Positions 60,288 to 64,000 of a stretch of 64,000 nucleotides of DNA are shown here, in pieces. This stretch comes from Syntrophales bacterium. GTDB lineage: Bacteria; Desulfobacterota; Syntrophia; Syntrophales; PHBD01. The stretch is taken from contig OY764159.1 of NCBI GenBank assembly GCA_963668175.1, forward strand, positions 3,872,001-3,936,000, written 5' to 3'. The notes below the pieces were generated by a model. That model ran no database searches. It saw only the letters and a program-made list of their open reading frames with translations, and was not told where the DNA came from. The position numbers and the translations under genes were made by a program. The first letter of the stretch is position 1; every line of letters begins with the position of its first letter.

Positions 60288-61376
60288 TCATGACAAAACG
60301 GCCGCGGCGATATCGCGTTCGTTTCCCTTAATCCATTCATACATATCCTCTAAGACCGACGTAGGCGACCGCTTGGGCTGCCAGCCGAATGTCCCGGACA
60401 CGTCCCCATTGTCGGTGATATAAATTCTTACGTCGTAAGGCCGGTCCGTCGGCTCGGAGGCCACCGCGACTTCATTACCGGTCACCTCCCTGCACAAGGC
60501 CGTCAGTTCAAGAAGGGATAACGTATTTTCAACCCCGCCGCCGGCATTGAAAATCCGGCCGTTTGCCTGATCCAGGTTTTCAAGCTGACGCCTGAGAAGA
60601 TCAAAAAGGTCGTCGATATGTAGGATGTCCCGTACCTGTTTCCCTTGTCCTCCGAACCCGATATACGCGAGCGGTTTTTTAAAATAATGGGCCGTCAGCC
60701 AGTAGGAGAGTACACCCTGTTCGGCTTTTCCGAATTGCCAGGGACCGGCCAGGAGGCCGATCCGGTTGATGATGCACCGGATGCCGTACATGGAAGCGTA
60801 TTCCTGAAGAATGAGTTCCGAACACAATTTGGTCGCACCGTACATGGACCTCGGACCTTCCAGAGGGAAACCCGAAGCGATTCCGGCAGGCGACCAGCCC
60901 GGTATCTTTTTCGCCTGTTTCCCACCCCAGATAAAGCGGGTTTCAGTTTCGACGACCTCCAGGCTGTTAATACGTTCGTAGGGATAGACGCGGCTGGTCG
61001 ACAGATAGATAACATCCGCCTGATGCTTCCTCGCCAGTTCGAGACAATGGATGGTTCCCGTCAAATTGCTGTGGATCAGATATTCGGGGCTTTCGTTATG
61101 GCCGGCCAGGACGGACGGTTCGGCGGAACAGTCGATGAGAAGGTCGATGGTCCGGCCAAGGTCCAGGTCTTCCCTGTTGCGGATGTCTCCATGGACGAAT
61201 TCGATATTCATTGATTTCAGACGAGGCAGGTTGAGTTCGGAACCTCTTCTTTTGAGATTGTCCAAGCAGATGACATGCAAGTCCGGGAATTCCTTTTTAA
61301 ACGAACAGGCGAGATTGCTGCCGACAAAACCGGCACCGCCCGTTATCAGCAGGGTTGCATAATTTCTTTTCGTCAT
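60288..61376 (-). CDS. NAD-dependent epimerase (CDP-paratose 2-epimerase-like)
   Basis: TGGAGFVG, AEPSV, STSRVY, YGATK, GKQVRD. Confidence 0.83.
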   Translation of the reverse strand: MTKRNYATLLITGGAGFVGSNLACSFKKEFPDLHVICLDNLKRRGSELNLPRLKSMNIEFVHGDIRNREDLDLGRTIDLLIDCSAEPSVLAGHNESPEYLIHSNLTGTIHCLELARKHQADVIYLSTSRVYPYERINSLEVVETETRFIWGGKQAKKIPGWSPAGIASGFPLEGPRSMYGATKLCSELILQEYASMYGIRCIINRIGLLAGPWQFGKAEQGVLSYWLTAHYFKKPLAYIGFGGQGKQVRDILHIDDLFDLLRRQLENLDQANGRIFNAGGGVENTLSLLELTALCREVTGNEVAVASEPTDRPYDVRIYITDNGDVSGTFGWQPKRSPTSVLEDMYEWIKGNERDIAAAVLS

Positions 61377-62431
61377 GGCTGCACCACCGATTTCTGGGTT
61401 TCGTAAATCTCCTGCAGGATGGCGTCCAGGCTATAGGTCAGATGCCATTCGGGATAATGGCTTTGGAATTTCTCATTGCTGCTGATCCACCAGATGTGGT
61501 CTCCGGCCCTGGCCTGGTCCGCGTATTCATACCGCATCGCCTTGCCCGAAATCTTCCGGCACAAGTCAATCGCTTCCAGGACCGAGCAGTTGCAGAAACG
61601 TCCGCCGCCGATGTTATAGACCTCGCCGCAGCGCGGTTTCTGCGAGAAGATGAAGAAGGCCCGGACGAGGTCGCGGGCGTCGATATTGTCCCGGACCTGT
61701 TTGCCTTTATAGCCGTAGATGACGTATCGCCCGCCGGTGATGCAGCATCGCATGATATAAGACAAAAAGCCGTGCAGCCTGGTTCCTGAATGGGCCGCCC
61801 CCGTGAGGCAGCCGCCCCTGAAAACGGCGGTCTTAAGATGGAAGTATCTGCCGTATTCCTGAACGAGCAGGTCCGCAGACAGCTTGGAGACGCCGAACAG
61901 GCTGTGCATGCTCTGATCGACGGACATCGTTTCATCGATTCCCCGATGCCACGGATGAGGTTCTTCAAGTTCGTACCGCGTCTCTTTTTCGATAAACGGC
62001 AAACGGTTGGGCTGGTCGCCGTAAACTTTATTGGTGGAGGTATAGATGAAGACCGCATCCCCGGCATATTTACGGATGCTTTCCAACAGAATCAAGGTTC
62101 CTTGGGCATTGATGGAAAAGTCGGTCTGAGGATCGGATGCCGCCCAATCGTGGGACGGTTGTGCGGCCGCGTGGATGATCAGATCGAAACGGTTTTCCTG
62201 AAAGAGCCGGGCGACCGACGCCTCGTTCCTGATATCCATGTCCAGATGGCGATAACGGGGATACTCCTTTTTCAGGCGTTCGTTGTTCCAGGCCGTATCC
62301 CCTTCCGGCCCGAAGAAAAGTTTACGCATGTTGTTGTCGATGCCGACGACCTCGCGGCCCTGCTCGCTGAAGAACCTGACGGCTTCGGAACCGACCAGGC
62401 CCGCCGAACCAGTAACCAACACTTGCGACAT
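61373..62431 (-). CDS. NAD-dependent epimerase (CDP-paratose 2-epimerase-like)
   Basis: TGSAGLVG, AAQPSHD, STNKVYGD, FGVSK, QEYGRYF, GKQVRDNI. Confidence 0.83.
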   Translation of the reverse strand: MSQVLVTGSAGLVGSEAVRFFSEQGREVVGIDNNMRKLFFGPEGDTAWNNERLKKEYPRYRHLDMDIRNEASVARLFQENRFDLIIHAAAQPSHDWAASDPQTDFSINAQGTLILLESIRKYAGDAVFIYTSTNKVYGDQPNRLPFIEKETRYELEEPHPWHRGIDETMSVDQSMHSLFGVSKLSADLLVQEYGRYFHLKTAVFRGGCLTGAAHSGTRLHGFLSYIMRCCITGGRYVIYGYKGKQVRDNIDARDLVRAFFIFSQKPRCGEVYNIGGGRFCNCSVLEAIDLCRKISGKAMRYEYADQARAGDHIWWISSNEKFQSHYPEWHLTYSLDAILQEIYETQKSVVQP

Positions 62432-62454
62432 GAATTGTGCCTCCGGAATATCCC

Positions 62455-64000
62455 CTATTTTGCCGCCTGCGATTTAAACAGCCAAAATTCGCGATTCGCC
62501 CGCATGACGGCCGCTTCCAGGTCGTCCTTGCCGAGATCCGCGGACCGGATGACCGTATGCTGCCCGCCGTCGTACATTTCCCATTCCTCGGTCAGCAGAT
62601 GTCCCCGTTCTTTCAGCATATCAAAATATTTCGTTCCGGGAAACGGTGTTGTGATGGAAAACTGAATCGTATCGGGATTCATCTCCTTGGCAAAGGCGAT
62701 GGTCCTTTCGATGGTTTCGCGATTCTCTCCGGGCAAACCGAAGGTGAAGGTCAAATGCGTCAGCACGTTCAATTCCCGGCACCATTGAACGGCGGCCCGC
62801 ACGCGGGCAAGATCGAGACCTTTTTCCGCCGCATCGACGAGGGATTGATCGCCCGATTCCACCCCGAGCTTGATACCCACCAATCCCGCCTCTTTCATGG
62901 CTTTCAGCATATCGTAATCCATGGTGTCGGCCCGGGCCATAATCCCCCAGGGAAGGTTGAGGCCCTGTCTGCGCATTTCCCGGCAGAGTGTGAGAACCCT
63001 CTCTTTACCGATGTTGAACGTGTCGTCGTCAAAATAGAATGAATTGAATCCGAACTCGTCGACGACCTGCCTGATCTCCCGGACGACCGCTTCGGGATCG
63101 CGAACCCGGTATTTTCTGTTGCCGTAAAGAACCTGCGGCCATGCGCAATATATGCAGCCAAACGGGCATCCGCGGCTTGCATGAAGCTGCAGACTCGGAT
63201 AGGTCATGCCGGCAAAGAGGTCGTTGTATTTGTAAATCGGCAGCATCAGCCTCTCCGGAACCGGCAGCGTATCAAGGTCGATCGGGTCGGTCCTGCCGTT
63301 ATCGACGATACGGCCATTCGAATCCCTGCAAAACAACCCCTTAACACCACTGTAATCTTCGTCTTTCAGCAGACATTCGATCAATTCCAGGGAAGGTATT
63401 TCATACTCCCCGCAGATGACAAAATCGACCAGGGGATTCTCTCCCAGGATATGAACCCCCTGAACGGTTGCGTGGGCTCCCGCCCAGATCACCTTCACCC
63501 GGGGCAGGCGCTCGCGAATTTTAAGAAGCCATAACGTATCGACGACGTAGGAGGCCGTGGCCGTTTCCATGAAGACGATATCCGGTCCATAGCCCGCCAC
63601 CCGTTCGATGAATTCCGAGTCGGTCAGTTCCTCCGCAATCGCATCGACGACGACATGGCCGATCCCTTTTTCACTGAGAAGGGAAGAGAGATAACCCAGG
63701 AAAAAAGGATAGGGCATATAACCGGTGATATCCATATTATCCACGTACGGCGCCGTGTATGGCCACCGGGACCCGGCCCGTACGCCCCGCCTCCGCCCGA
63801 CCGTCCAGGGCGGATTCAGGAGCATGATCCTCTGCTCCGCCCTGTAGGGCGATTGCTCCTCCTCGCGGCGGATACGCCGCAGGCTTACGGCAATCATATC
63901 GTAGACGAGGGACTTCATATTGAAGATGCGATTGAGACGGTCCATAACGGCAATAATGAAATGCAGATCGGCATCGGCCGATATACCCATGGCGGCCAAC
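62455..64000 (-). CDS. B12-binding radical SAM protein (HpnJ-like) with N-terminal extension, 5' end outside the window
   Basis: LLNPP, GVRAGSRWP, GAH, GEYE, SRGCPFGCIYC, DDDTF, GVESG, PFPGT; frame open to the window edge. Confidence 0.85.
   Translation of the reverse strand, partial: LAAMGISADADLHFIIAVMDRLNRIFNMKSLVYDMIAVSLRRIRREEEQSPYRAEQRIMLLNPPWTVGRRRGVRAGSRWPYTAPYVDNMDITGYMPYPFFLGYLSSLLSEKGIGHVVVDAIAEELTDSEFIERVAGYGPDIVFMETATASYVVDTLWLLKIRERLPRVKVIWAGAHATVQGVHILGENPLVDFVICGEYEIPSLELIECLLKDEDYSGVKGLFCRDSNGRIVDNGRTDPIDLDTLPVPERLMLPIYKYNDLFAGMTYPSLQLHASRGCPFGCIYCAWPQVLYGNRKYRVRDPEAVVREIRQVVDEFGFNSFYFDDDTFNIGKERVLTLCREMRRQGLNLPWGIMARADTMDYDMLKAMKEAGLVGIKLGVESGDQSLVDAAEKGLDLARVRAAVQWCRELNVLTHLTFTFGLPGENRETIERTIAFAKEMNPDTIQFSITTPFPGTKYFDMLKERGHLLTEEWEMYDGGQHTVIRSADLGKDDLEAAVMRANREFWLFKSQAAK

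Overview
Bacterial chromosomal window, most likely from a deltaproteobacterial (Desulfobacterota/Syntrophales-like) anaerobe; this is an impression from gene content and is not tested. 1-23.4 kb is mostly housekeeping and envelope genes: partial YtxH-like gene, M15 peptidase, hemerythrin-domain protein, an OmpR-family two-component system divergent from a RAPP-ending leader ORF-Spy/CpxP-like-tatA unit, an MgtE-N/CBS protein with an Nramp-related transporter, enoyl-CoA hydratase, lptF, DUF502-metK-ahcY, PEP synthase regulator, mfd, two PPIases and uvrA. From 24.1 kb to the end is a glycan biosynthesis island of at least 40 kb in two convergent arms. It encodes a GDP-6-deoxy-heptose core (DmhA-like, Fcl, HddC, HddA), four B12-binding radical SAM enzymes plus one other radical SAM enzyme, a two-subunit ThDP enzyme without E2/E3, a His-type (ColD/DdhC-like) 3-dehydratase, several methyltransferase domains and many TPR-fused glycosyltransferases, with no flippase, polymerase or ABC exporter in view. 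Best candidates for something new: (1) a pathway to a branched, deoxygenated, C-methylated heptose-derived sugar, probably for cytoplasmic protein glycosylation; (2) a putative RAPP arrest-peptide-controlled Spy/CpxP-tatA envelope-stress module; (3) a promoter-linked structured element of about 325 nt ahead of the hemerythrin gene. All calls come from motif reading by eye; no searches were run.
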